Assembly: GCF_001194135.2 (NCBI RefSeq) | Contig: NC_068984.1 | Location: 122,033,209-122,090,776, forward strand | DNA length: 57,568 nt | Direction of reading: 5' to 3' | Origin: Octopus bimaculoides | Taxonomy: Eukaryota | Part shown: in pieces, positions 23,680 to 36,734 of the stretch | Layout: each line of letters begins with the position of its first letter | Position numbering within the stretch: position 1 is the first letter of the stretch | Program-made: the position numbers and the translations under genes | The notes under the pieces: generated by a model | Seen by the model: the letters and a program-made list of their open reading frames with translations, nothing else | Told to the model about the DNA's origin: nothing | The model's database searches: none

Positions 23680-23910
23680 CCATCGTCATCATTTTAACAC
23701 CCACTTTTCCATGCTTGCATGGATCAGATGGAGTTCATTGAAGCAGACATTCTATGACTGGATGCCCTTTCTGTAGTTGCCAATCTTCATCTACTTCTAA
23801 GCAAAGTACTATTTCTCCATGATCAGATAGGTTTTTGTAGAGGATTGGAAATGAAGGACACCACTTGTATGACAGTGATGCTCATTTACAACTATCACCT
23901 AGTCCCAACT
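23680..23910 (-). mobile_element. SINE tail B module
   Basis: TTTTCCATGCTTGCATGG...GGATGCCCTTTC...TGACAGTGATGCTCATTTACAACTATCAC. Confidence 0.65.
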
Positions 23911-24010
23911 CAAAAAAATGCTAACACATATATGTTTATACATACATATATATTTCTCTTGTTTACATCATTTTTCATGTTTACATCACCAACCTATATA
24001 TATATATGTA

Positions 24011-24043
<33 letters not shown>

Positions 24044-24222
24044 ATATGTATATATGTGTGCATGCATATGTGTATATGCATATGTATATATATATGTATG
24101 TATGTATGTATAATTATCAGTTAGTTGTCCATAAGTCAGAAAAAAACCACACTCTAAAAGAAAATAAAGCAAATATATTTTTATATTGTTGGGTATAACA
24201 ATAGAAAGATAGATAGATAGAT

Positions 24223-24280
<58 letters not shown>

Positions 24281-24298
24281 GTAGATAGATGGATACAT

Positions 24299-24408
<110 letters not shown>

Positions 24409-24513
24409 GATAGGCACACACATACATATACACACAAAAAATTCTTATAGAACCATGTCAAGTGAACTTTAAACTCAACGAATTTATTTTTAAGCCATAC
24501 ACAGTTATACAAA

Positions 24514-24558
<45 letters not shown>

Positions 24559-25265
24559 CACATGCATATTCACACACATGTAGTGTCTCACACATTTACC
24601 CACAGAGAAACACAAACATAACAGCATAAAAAAACAAACGCGTAACATAAACAGAATTTCAAATTTTATAAATAAATATATATATAGTTGTTCATTTGTA
24701 TATGTTATATAAATAAATAGTATATAAGTACACACATACACACACACACACACACATACATATATATGCATTATATATAAATAAATAAATACATTGTAAT
24801 TTTTAAGAATTTATTCATCAGTTAATTATTTGTCAAAGTCAAGCCAACATAGAAGAGACATTACTGAGATTATTCCCATTGCAATGTTGTTTTCCTGTAA
24901 ATTCCATCTGTCTGATTAGGTCAGTAAGCACTAAATCTGGGACATTAGCAAGAACTGATAATGTATTTCTATGATATGAAGTGAATGTCTTTCTGTGGCC
25001 AGGCTGGAGATTAGGAAGTTGTTGGTGGGCTGGGGTTAAGGTTAGAGGTTCTGTTAGTAGAACTGTTGATATCAAAACAGAAGCATTTGAGAATATTTTT
25101 AGGTTAGGTATCATGAGAGTATAGCATTGTTTGTTTGGTGGTGCATGTGTGAGAATGAATGTTCCCTTCTGTTTTTAATTATGTGAAGTCTTCCTATAAG
25201 GAAGGAGCTGGTGTCTAATAAAGATGCAAAGCTCCATCATTGGAATGTAGATAACAAAAATAAAT

Positions 25266-25570
25266 TCATGTTTTGAACTTGAGAAAAGTCTCACATAGTT
25301 TTACTGTTCCACTTACAGATTGTATTTGTACTGAGTGAGATCTAGCTGGATGATTTCTTTTTCTGGAAACCCTAATTTACCAAGATAGTCACTTAGGCAT
25401 TTTACTCACAAAACCAAATGCACCGATTATAACTGGTATGAATGTAAATGTATAATCTGGATATAGAAGCTGAAGGTTTTGAAACAATTGCATGTAGTCA
25501 TCTTCTTTCTCTGTGTTTTGAAGAGATATCCACTTCAGCCAGGCAGCTGACCTCTCTGATATGACATACA
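25266..25570 (-). mobile_element. 3' end of a restriction-like-endonuclease LINE (R4/NeSL/CRE-type)
   Basis: Minus EKEDDYMQLFQNLQLLYPDYTFTFIPVIIGAFG...KLGF...QIQSVSGTVKLCETFLKF* resembles the RLE C-terminus (EK..KY..L...P.(V/I)IGA.G). Confidence 0.7.
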
Positions 25571-25949
25571 TTTTCTTGTCTGTCTTACAACAATATCCGG
25601 CCTGTTATGTATATATCTACATACATACTTACGTATGTATCTATGCGTGTGTATATTATATGTATATATGTATGTATATGTACATATGTATGTATATATG
25701 CATGTACATATGTATGTATGAATGTGTATATGTATATAAACATGATGACATGCATATGGATGAATGTGTGTAGGATTATATAATGTATCTAGAATAGTAG
25801 TGCTTGCATATCTCTTTTTTACAGATTACTGTTACTGTTTATCTCATGGAGTGAACTTGGAATCAGTCGAGTGTTATAATCTCAGCTGCCAGTACACTTC
25901 CTCTACTTCCTAAAGTCTTCTGCCAAGCCTCCTAATGGTCACACATACT

Positions 25950-26330
25950 AATTGAGTATTTTACAGCTCAGAGATACAGTATGCAGGCCCACCCTGTGGA
26001 TATGCCCTAGCACCGTTTGATCACTAGTGTGCTGCCTTGTAGGTGAGTTCTGGAAGACACAAGTTAAGAGGAGCCTCTGACAAAAAATGCAGTGATCAAC
26101 TTTAAGACAATTTCTAATGCACTGTATTTCTGGCAGCATTAGAGAAGGTACCAGTGGCCTTGGATCCTTCTTGCCAGTAGATTGATCTCATCTTCTTCAT
26201 TTCCTTTACACAGTAATGGTAAAAATGTGCACCTCCAACAACATTATAATACTTCAATGTATAGGTATCCTTTCCTGTAATGAGGATCTTGGATCTCTAA
26301 ATGGTCTGATGGCAATGGAGTGTCAGACAG
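25950..26330 (-). mobile_element. CR1-like LINE 3' remnant
   Basis: Minus GP....MLP...IRN...VD...F motif resembles the CR1 ORF2 end; decayed. Confidence 0.35.
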
Positions 26331-26808
26331 CAATAGGAGTAGGTTTGAACATATTAGAGGCTTCTTGTTAGAACTTTAAATGTCAGTGCACAACTTAATT
26401 AATGAAATAATTATTTCTTTCAAACATGGAGCATCCTGGATTATATTACCAAACAGGTCCTTTCTTAACATAATGAGGTGTGATTTGAGGGAGATTTAGT
26501 AGCTATTTCTTGCAGGTTGAATGACAACATAAAGGTCTTCTTGAGGTTTCCTCATTATTAAGAGTTACTGAATGAAGAACAGGGGCTGGAAGTAGAACCT
26601 ACTAATAATAGAGCCGAACTTAGGACTGACAGCAGGGATCAGTAAAGAGATGGTGAGTACAATAAATGGTAAGAATATGATTATTGGAAAAGTTGATCCA
26701 AGGTCAACCAGATCTCCAAATCTATATTAGTAAGCCCTAATATATTGGTGGATAGCTGACTTTCTATAGTTTATGCTGTAGATGGTGAATTTATCTCTTT
26801 TTCTTTTC

Positions 26809-27053
26809 TCAGACTATTCTGTTAAGCTTGGTCATAAGAGGTAACATATTCGTTTCACAATTTGAGCAAGTGATTGATGTAACAACCCATGCTGTCACCC
26901 TCAATATATCAGTATCTATCCCTGTGGTTTCCCTTGTCATCATGCATTTAACTGTTGCATTTATCATGTCTTTATAGATCTCTACTACAGCTTCTTCTGT
27001 TGGATAATCCAGCTGAAAGCAGCAACTGAAAAGTTCTTTGAGCAGTGTGCAAC
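26809..27053 (-). CDS. Possible coding exon (…LLKELFSCCFQLDYPTEEAVVEIYKDM…NMLPLMTKLNRIV*)
   Basis: ~80 open non-repeat codons; candidate acceptors at 27053 (cctag|G) and 27012 (ctttcag|C). No firm family assignment. Confidence 0.25.
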
Positions 27054-27097
27054 CTAGGCAGCATGGGGGTGGAATGATAATATGGCAGAGAGAGAGC

Positions 27098-27163
<66 letters not shown>

Positions 27164-27294
27164 AGTAAATCTACCATCTATAACACAAACTAGAAAAAGT
27201 TGGCTATTGAATAGATCTTGATTCAGTTTTCCCAATTATCACACCTTTACCATCTCTTGTATTAGCCATCTCTTTAATGCTCCTTACAGTTAGT

Positions 27295-27672
27295 NNNNNN
27301 NNNNNNNNNNNNNNNNNNNNNNNNNNNNNNNNNNNNNNNNNNNNNNNTTCGATTCCCAGACGGGGCGTTGTGAGTGTTTATTGAGCGAAAACACCTAAAG
27401 CTCCACGAGGCTCCGGCAGGGGATGGTGGCGAACCCTGCTGTACTCTTCCACCACAACTTTCTCTCACTCTTACTTCCTGTTTCTGTTGTGCCTGTAATT
27501 CAAAGGATCAGCCTTGTTACACTGTGTCACGCTGAATCCCTCCCGAGAACTACGTTAAGGGTACACGTGTCTGTGGAGTGCTCAGCCACTTGCACGTTAA
27601 TTTCACAAGCAGCCTGTTCCGTTGATCGGATCAACTGGAACCCTTGACATCGTAAGCGACGGAGTGCCAACA
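27295..27672 (+). mobile_element. Young tRNA-derived SINE, head lost in gap
   Basis: B-box remnant TTCGATTCC at the gap edge; CpG-rich body; (CAA)n tail; 9-bp TSD ACAGTTAGT (27286-27294, 27673-27681). Confidence 0.8.
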
Positions 27673-28168
27673 ACAGTTAGTCCTATTGCTGGTCTATTAT
27701 GGGTAGGTTCAACCTACTATCAACTCTTATTTACCATTCAGCAACTTTTCAGTATGATGAGTCAACAGTGGTGGCATATGTTGTCATTCAACTGCTAGAA
27801 AGAGCGACCAAATCTCACTCAAACCACAGTTCATTGTTTTAAAAAGGAGTCATTTGATAATATTGTCCACGTGGCACTATATCTGTGTAACAGGAGGTAT
27901 CAATATGAGGCGAAATGAAATAATCACCTGTTTAACATATGAATGATGTGCATAGTTGCTAGATTGAGACAAATGGAAAGTTGGATGAATGAATGAGAGA
28001 AGTCATTGTTTTTGATTCATCATTTGCATTGTTAAAAATTTTTATCAGACACAACCATCCAAAGAGGAACTATATAGAGTAACACAAGAAGGGTAATTTT
28101 TTATGTTATTAGATTGTGGCCATGCTGGAGCACTATCTTAAAGAGTTTTATAGTCAAAGAATATATAT

Positions 28169-28619
28169 AGGCGTAGGAGTAGCTGTATGGTAAATAGCTT
28201 GCTTACAAACCACATGGTTCAGGGTTCAGTCCCACTGCGTGGCACCTTGGGCAAGTGTCTTCTACTATAGCCTCGGGCCGACCAAAGCCTTGTGAGTGGA
28301 TTTGGTAGACGGAAACTGAAAGAANNNNNNNNNNTTGTGAGTGGATTTGGTAGACGGAAACTGAAAGAAGCCCGTCATATATATATATGTATGTATGTGT
28401 GTGTATATGTTTGTGTGTCTGTTTGTCTCCCCAACATCGCTTGACAACCAATGCTGGTGTGTTTAAGTCCCCATAACTTAGTGGTTCAGCAAAAGGGACT
28501 GATAGAATAAGTACTAGGCTTACAAAGAATAAGTCCTGGGGTTGATTTGCTCAAATAAAGGCGGTGCTCCAGCATGGCCACATTCAAATGACTGAAACAA
28601 GTAAAAGAGTAAAAGAGTA
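28169..28619 (+). mobile_element. Young CORE-like SINE (tail A)
   Basis: Complete head, CORE, microsatellite and tail ending (AAAAGAGT)n; TA-rich flanks. Confidence 0.9.
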
Positions 28620-28769
28620 TATATATAGGGTTATATATATATATATATATGTACATACACACACACACAGAAAGAGAGAGGGGGAGAGAAAAGGGCAGAG
28701 GAAAGAAAGAGAGACGAAGGGAGAGAGGAGTGTGAAGGGGAGAGAGGGGAAGAGAGAAAGAGAGTGAAT

Positions 28770-28848
28770 GAATGCAAGTATCAGCAGCTATAGGAACAAC
28801 CTAACTCCAGGAGTTAGGTTGTTCCTATAGCAGCTGACACTTGCATTC
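28770..28848. repeat. 79-bp palindrome (39-bp arms, 1-nt loop, 2 mismatches)
   Basis: GAATGCAAGTATCAGCAGCTATAGGAACAACCTAACTCC-A-GGAGTTAGGTTGTTCCTATAGCAGCTGACACTTGCATTC. Confidence 0.95.
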
Positions 28849-29445
28849 TAGTAGGAGTTAGTTTGTTCCTGTTGCAGGCTCATCATATTTGGCAAGTTTG
28901 GCTGTTGACATCAGCTGATGTTGAATAGAGCCTGACATGAACACATAACTGTGTTCAGTTCTCTGTTCTAACATATCTACCCTGCTCTCAGGCCTGTTGT
29001 CTTCCAGTTGAGTTAGCTTATTTAAAGCTTGACTGATTTGCAGTCAACAACTGTGATTCATTAGTATTGTTGCTAATGTCAGTCAATGAAATTAATGAGT
29101 AGTTGTTGAATCTCATTGGTTAGTTTATTTCACTCAATTTGAAGGATCCTGCTTCAGTTTATGAAAATTTTCTGCACTGAAGAAAAAAAGCCCCAATCCG
29201 AGTTCAAACTGAGGCAGGACCTACTAAAACCTGGAATAAAAAAGAAACCTGAAATGCTTTTGATCATTAGTCTGCTGGTCAAGAATCAGCCTAGGGATAA
29301 ACAGCAATAACAATAACATTTCTTCATAACAATATTTTGATGCTTTTATCCTTGACACACTCTGGTCAAATAGGTAAATAGTTCATTTCTATTTTTTAAT
29401 CACAAGAACTCTGGGCTTGGGCCTACTGATGGCATCTTGAGCAAA

Positions 29446-29849
29446 TACTCTTTACTCTTTACTCTTTTACTTGTTTCAGTCATTTGACTGCGGCCATGCT
29501 GGAGCACCACCTTTAGCCGAGAAAATCGCCCCCGGGACTTATTCTTTGTAAGCCTAGTACTTATTCTATCGGTCTCTTTTTGCCGAACCGCTAAGTTACG
29601 GGGACCTAAACACACCAGCATCGGTTGTCAAGCGATGGTGGGGGGACAAACACAGACACACAAACACACATACATATATATATACATATATACGACGGGC
29701 TTCTTTCAGTTTCCGTCTACCAAATACACTCACAAGGCTTTGGTCGGCCCGAGGCTATAGTAGAAGACACTCACCCAAGGTGCCACACAGTGGGACTGAA
29801 CCCGGAACCATGTGGTTGGTAAGCAAGCTACTTACCACACAGCCACTCC
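29446..29849 (-). mobile_element. Full-length young CORE-like tRNA SINE (tail A), ~404 bp
   Basis: Minus GGAGTGGCTGTGTGGTAAG A-box, GGTTCAGTCCC B-box, ACCTTGGGT-type CORE, central (TA/TG)n, tail TGACTGAAACAAGT(AAAAGAGT)n; CpGs intact. Confidence 0.9.
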
Positions 29850-30524
29850 AAGGGTCAACCATAGCCTTGAGACCAAAATTGGTTAGGAAGAAGTTGTAAA
29901 GAAGTTGATTGGATGGACTTTACTTGCAATTCAAATATTGTTGTGGAAGGATCCTGACCATCCCCCCATGACTGAAAGTAGACTAATGCATTTCAATAAA
30001 TAAGGAAACTGAATTGTAAGCAGTTGACAAGTAGTTGACAGCTGTAGTTGACGGCATTGATTGTCCATATTGGCTGCTGTGTTAGTTTAATATCATAACT
30101 ACATTTGGAGTAGTACGGAATGCATTCTGTGTGAACATATTAATTCTGCGAAAGGTCATTCTTGATAACCATATCCAAATATTTATTTGGGTAATACTAT
30201 TCTTATACCTGATGTGCACAATTCACATCATAACAAATATCCAGACTGGTCGCACACTGTGTCACATTGATTCTGCCTGAGGATTATGTTAAGAGTATAT
30301 ATGGCTGTTGAATACTCATTCACATTCACTTACATATTAATTCCATGAACAGATGGATCAGTTGATTGAGCAACTGAAAGCTTATAAACTGGAAATTCTG
30401 ACCAAGAATTATTCATTTATTATGCATATGTGGAAGTACTTTTTAACAGCTGTGATAACTGACACATTTTTGATATCAATGCAGAAGAAATTATGAACAA
30501 CAACAAACTAGATTTATATCTTAA

Positions 30525-30741
30525 CCATTTAGCATTCATATTATTCTGTCAAATGTATTGTTTATTTATTATTTATTCACATCATTTTGAATTAATCATG
30601 CATTATCTTGTGACTTTGAGATTCCAATGATGTGATTGTTCATTTTTAAAATGATACTGTAGGGTAGGTTTGAGAAATTGGATTGGTTAGTTTGAACATA
30701 GAATATTTGGGATGGGTAGGGTGGGTTTAAATGCTAAAGGG
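30525..30741 (+). mobile_element. TTAA-targeting (piggyBac-type) MITE, family 1
   Basis: TTAA at 30521-30524 and 30742-30745 flank CCATTTAGCATT...AATGCTAAAGGG. Confidence 0.85.
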
Positions 30742-31274
30742 TTAAACAGAGAATAATACATCTGTAATTCTTTATGGTGAACAGATTATACTGGCTCATA
30801 CAGATCATATAAACCATAATGGTAGTGGCTAAAATATGGAATCAGTCAGCCAATCTTTGAATTGTATTCCAAATTCATTTGACAAAGACTGTGGTTAAAA
30901 AGCCCATATAGGAACAAATATAACAGTTGGTCTTCGATGCAGTTTTTGAATAACTAAAAGAATTAAACCAATTCATTTTCAAAGGCCATTGCAGTAATGT
31001 TATGCTAATAATATTACATTTGTTTGGTGTGTTTACATGGGATTGGGCTTATTTCAGATGGCTGCTTGCTCAATGTGACAGCCTGGTTATTCAGTGGATA
31101 GAACCTCTGAATGTGAAAGATTAAGTGCAATAATAACTACATCTGGATAAACGCTGTACAATATGATACTGTCAAAGATGGTACCAAAAGAAATTTTGAA
31201 CTCAAAAGATGAGACCTACTCATTTTATATAATAGTATATTGTACTCCTGAACTGAAATATTTTTCTTCATTAA

Positions 31275-31825
31275 CTCTTTAGCATTGAAACCGGCCATAT
31301 CCAGCCCAAATATTCTACCTGTTCTATGTTCAAACCAGCCAGATCTGGCCTCTGACACCTACCTAACAATATAATTCTAAAAATAAACAACTCATCATCA
31401 TCATCATCATCGTTTAACATCTGCTTTCCATGCTAGCATGGGTTGGACGATTTGACTGAGGACTGGTGAACCAGATGGCTACACCGGGCTCCAATCTGAT
31501 TTGGCAGAGTTTCTACAGCTGGATGCCCTCCCTAACGCCAACCACTCCAAGAGTGTAGTGGGTGCTTTTACGTGCCACTGGCACGAAGGTCAGGGCAAGT
31601 GTCTTCTGCTATAGCCCCGAGCCGACCAAAGCTTTGTGATTGAATTTGGTAGGCGGAAGTTACTGCCGCATGTGTATATGTCTGTGTATGTGCTTGTGCC
31701 TCTCTCCGAAAGAGAGAGAGAAACAACTGTATCATATAAATCTCAAATCATGGTTAATACAAACTAATGTGAATAAATAATATTACATTTAACAAAGTGA
31801 TCTGAATGCAAAACTATTCAAAAGA
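31275..31825 (-). mobile_element. Family-1 TTAA MITE split by SINE insertions
   Basis: One MITE part at 31275-31395 and the rest at ~31730-31825, with SINE pieces between. Confidence 0.6.
31395..31590 (-). mobile_element. Young RTE-tailed SINE-like repeat (3' part)
   Basis: (ATC)n-GTTTAACATCTGCTTTCCATGCTAGCATGGGTTGG...GTGTAGTGGGTG. Confidence 0.8.
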
Positions 31826-32386
31826 AATATTCTTTTTTATATTTATTATATATTTATTTCTATTACTATTATACCATTATAAGGCTTGTGAGTGGAATTG
31901 GTAAGCAGAAACTATACAGAAGCTTACATTCTGCATCACTGTCTACTATGGCCAGGTTTCTACTACTGGATGCCCTTCCTAATGCCAATCACTTTACAGC
32001 ATGTATGGGTATTTTTGTTTGTGCCACCAGCACTTGTGAGGTTACTGTGCAGCTTACAAAACCCTGAGAAACGAGGCTTTATGCTAAGAAATGAGGGGCT
32101 ATATGAGTAAAGGGAACAAGGCAGAATAGGTTTCTTGCCATGGAGAAGCTACTCATCAAGCCATCCAACTCATGCCAGTGTTGGACAAAGATGCTAAAAT
32201 GATGAAGATGATGTATGTATGTATGTATGTATGTACGGATGGATGGATGGAAAGAGGGATAGATGGATGCATGTCATTATTCAGTTTTATTTCAAGATTT
32301 CTTGCAAAAAGAAAGAGAGAGAGAGCTGATTTCTAATCTAGATCCAAAGCTCCTTTATTGTAATTTCAACATCAGCAATGTATTTT

Positions 32387-32418
<32 letters not shown>

Positions 32419-32557
32419 TGTATGTATGTCTGTTTGTGTGTGTATGTAATGTATGTATGTGTATGTATATATATGTATGTATGTGTGTGTGTGTGTATGT
32501 ATGTAATGTATGTGTATGTATATATGTATGTGTGTGCGTATGTGTGTGTATGTGTGT

Positions 32558-32656
<99 letters not shown>

Positions 32657-33417
32657 TCCTGGGTATGACAGTGAACTGCATTCAGTGGCAAGGATCCAGT
32701 TCTGGAATTGTAGGGAATGTGGAGTCACCTCTTAATTATCATTACTCCCAGATCCTTTCTGACCCAGAAAAATGGTACCTGTCAAGGTCCCATCAAGGAT
32801 AGAGGAAGCTCCCATTATTTTTGACAAAGCTGTGAAGAAGGAAGTTCTTCTAAGAAAAAGGGACCCTGATGTAAAGCTTTCAGTCAAAATCATACCCGTC
32901 ATCTTCCAATGTTTGTCACAGGAGCCTATACCATGGCAACTGAGAAAATGGCAAAAATCTTAAACAAGCTTTTGTCACTTAAATCCAATGATGTACAGAC
33001 TTGATGTACAGCTATCATCTGACAAGATGAGGCAACCATCATGTATGTATATATGTATGCATGTAAGTACATATATACATATGTAATGTATATATGTATG
33101 CTTGTATGTACATATATGAATACGTATTTATGTATGTATGTATGTATGTATGTATGTATTTATAAATGTATTTATGTGTATGCAAATGGAGTAAACAGAG
33201 AACCAAAAGTATTTTTTTCTGTTGTGTCAGTAGTAAAAAATCCCAGAATAGAATGAAACCTTGTGATTTGAAAGTCTTTTAGTTTTGCAAAATGACTAAA
33301 TATTGTGACTGCATTTTTGTGTGTTATGGAAATAGTATTGGCAGAGAGCTGGAGAATGGAATGATCACCTCTCACTGGAATCACATGTTTTTTAATCTTT
33401 CATATGTCATTTTTCTC

Positions 33418-33504
<87 letters not shown>

Positions 33505-34283
33505 TTGTGTATACGTATGTATATATATGTGCATGTGATTGTTTATATGTATGTATGATTTTATGTGCATTAAGTTAAAAATGATGATGATGATGATAAT
33601 GATGACAGCAATGTTAATGATGATGATAATGATGACTATAAGAATGATGATACCAATGATATGCTGACAATGATGTTGAGGATGATGATGATGACAACAA
33701 TGACAACAAGGATGATGATGATGATGATGGGGGTGGTAGTTTTGGTGGCTGTGATGATGATGATGATGATGAATACATCCTGACCATGGTTGACAATCAC
33801 AAATGCAGTATCTTGGCTGTCTTACCAGTCTCTGAAGATCTTTGGTACAACCCCTTCCTTCGAAGCAAACTTCTGAAACAAATATCCAGTTGTGTCCACC
33901 CCTTTTCCCTTTGTCTATCATCATACTTTTATGCCTTTTCCCCTCACACTTCCTAGGTCTCTGACATATTGTTCTGTCACCCTAGGTCATGTATGTAATG
34001 TATGTATGTGTATGTAAATATGTGTGTGTGTGTGTGTGTGTGTATGTACGTACGTATGTGTGCATCCCTCGTACGTATGCGTGCATCCCTCATACATATG
34101 TGTGCATCTTCAATATCCCTCTGGATCTTTCCATTGCCCCCAACGGGGCAGTACTGCTCACTTTGGGAACCACTGGTGTAAAATGTGAGGTTGTGAATTG
34201 TCTTTGGTCTTGTCAAGGACATGACATCTCTCTAATGCTGGTCCAACAAAAACAAATGAATAAAACTTTTCAAAATAAACTGC

Positions 34284-34692
34284 AGGAGTGGCTGTGTGGT
34301 AAGTAACTTACCCACCAATCACATGGTTCCAAGTTCAGTATCACTGCATGGCACCTTGGGCAAGTATCTACTACTATAGCTTCAGGCCAACCAAAGCCTT
34401 GGGTGTGGATTTGGCAGACAGAAACTGAAAGAAGCCCGTCGTATATATGTGTGTGTGAGTGTGTGTGTGTGTGTGTGTGTTTGTGTGTCTGTGTTTGTCT
34501 CCTTACCATCGCCTGACAACTGATGTCAGTGTGTTTATGTCCCTGTAACTTTGCAGCTCAGCAAAAGAAACCCAATAGAATAAGTACTAGGCTTACAAAG
34601 AATAAGTCCTGGGGTCGATTTGTTCGACTAAAGGCAGTGCTCCAGCATGGCCGCAGTCAAGATGACTGAAACAAATAAAAGAATAAAAGAAT
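34284..34692 (+). mobile_element. Full-length CORE-like SINE (tail A)
   Basis: AGGAGTGGCTGTGTGGTAAG ... TGACTGAAACAAATAAAAGAATAAAAG. Confidence 0.9.
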
Positions 34693-34897
34693 TTAAAGCA
34701 GCCAGTACATTCTGTAAAGTGGTTTGTGTTAGGAAAGGCAACAAGCTGTAGAAACCAAATCAAAAATGAAACATGAGCAAAATGAAATCCTCCAACCAGT
34801 CTAAGCAAGCACTGGCTCTGAAAATGCACTGACTGACTGTGACAGCCCATCCAACCATGCCAGCATGTAAAGCAGATATAGAACAATGGTAATGATA

Positions 34898-34938
<41 letters not shown>

Positions 34939-35709
34939 AGCAATACATATATGCACAGGCATAGACACATGCTCATACAGATATATATACACACATGCTC
35001 ATACAGATATATATACACACATGCACACAATCACACGTGTTTGCATGGAAAACAGACACAGAGTAAATGAATGAATAATATACACACATATGCATACATA
35101 CTTATAGCCATATATGCATGCATACAGACAAACATACATTCATACGCACACGCATACATTCATTCATACATGCACAACTACCGACTGAAATACATACGTG
35201 TGTGTGTGTGTGTGTGTGTGTGTACGTGTGCACATGTGAGTGTATCAGCCTACATCTTTATACAGAAAGTGTGAGAGTGAGAGAGAGGAATGAGAGAGAG
35301 AGAGGGAACGAGTGAGAGAGAGAGAGAGAGAGAGCAAGTTGTGGTTTGTATTTATGAAATATTAATATATATCTCATCCCAAATCAATATATGTATACAA
35401 AAATATATATATATATACATAGCTACAGACCGAGTTCTGTCCAGAGATTGTGCATGGTACAGATTGTGCGTAGTACAGATTGTGAAGTGTTAAATGTGTC
35501 GTAGCAAGTTTGCATTTGTCTGCGTTCTACATCGGCTATGTTTGATGTAGTATAAAATAACAGTCACTTTTGTAATCAATATAATATTTTTAATTTCTCA
35601 TAAATTTTCCTATGAAACAAAAGGGCAGTAAACGTCTTTGTCTGTTAAGATGGGTTTTGTGCATGTGCATGTGTGTTCATGCATGTATGTGTGTGTCTGT
35701 GTGTGTGCT

Positions 35710-35746
<37 letters not shown>

Positions 35747-35814
35747 NNNNNNNNNNNNNNNNNNNNNNNNNNNNNNNNNNNNNNNNNNNNNNNNNNNNNN
35801 NNNNNNNNNNNNNN

Positions 35815-35855
<41 letters not shown>

Positions 35856-36354
35856 AGAGAGAGAAAGAGATGAGAGAAAGTGATCGATGGCAGAATTGCT
35901 AGAGCACTGGACAAAATGCCTTGCAGCAATTGTGTAGTTCTAATGGCTCTTTACATTCTGCATTTATATCCTGATGAGGTCAACCTTGGTTTTGTCCTCC
36001 TGTGGTTAATAAAACCAAATAGTACCAATAGCTAACAAATGTGGAGGATCAATTTAATTGCCTACAAATTAGGAGCTGAATTTTCTGAGGCAGATCCAGT
36101 GTCGTCTTCAACTGCTTTCTGGCGATTCCTGAAACACTAGTGCAAAGTTATACAATCCCTTCTTTGCTTTTCAATCAATATTTGTAACATAGAAAGAAAA
36201 GACCTCCTGCAATGGACAACTGCTAGGTTTCCATACATCCTTGACCAGACCTATCCCTTGCCTAGGACACTACAATGTCACATCACTTTGCTCTGTCTAT
36301 AGAATGAATCAAGTTTTTCCAGATGCAGATTTTCAGATCCATGGCTTCAGATGA

Positions 36355-36705
36355 TTCACAAAGCCTTGTAAATGGATTTGGTAGACAGAAACTAAATGAA
36401 GCCCACTCTGTGTGTGTGTGTGTGAGTGTGTGTGCGTGTGTGCGTGCGTGCATGTTTGTATGTGTGTGTAAGTTACTGTCTCCTTGCCTTGACATTGTGA
36501 GTTAGCTTTGAGTGTCACCATCAGGCATCTTTCATTTCCAGTCTTCTGAGACATGTCTGGTCATGGGGAAATATTACCTTACTTGGAAAGAGGTGTGTGT
36601 TGGTGACAGGAAGGTCATCCAGCATTAGAAAATCTGGCCCAACAAATTCCATCCAATCCATGCAAGCATGGCAAAGTGGATGTTGAAATAACGATGATGA
36701 CATAT
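36355..36705 (+). mobile_element. CORE-like SINE body plus (TG)n plus tail B
   Basis: AAAGCCTTGTAAATGGATTTGGTAGACAGAAACT, (TG)n, then the tail B module ending GATGTTGAAATAACGATGATGA. Confidence 0.7.
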
Positions 36706-36734
36706 TGTTTTTTTTTTTTTAAAGATATATATAG

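Noticed and set aside
24840-25120. Penelope RT-like motifs (..NVP.., F.GK, IAMG) on the minus strand
   Set aside because: Motif spacing is too short and frameshifts are needed; not supportable without a search.
28290-28369. 35-bp direct repeat around a 10-N gap inside a SINE
   Set aside because: Identical sequence on both sides of a minimal gap indicates unmerged contig overlap (assembly artefact).
30120-31260. Protein-like patches (MDQLIEQLKAYKLEIL; WLLAQCDSLVIQWIEPLN) as a decayed gene or dynein AAA2 exon
   Set aside because: Multiple stops in every frame, weak donor, and opposite strand to the other dynein-like hint; at most an unidentified relic.
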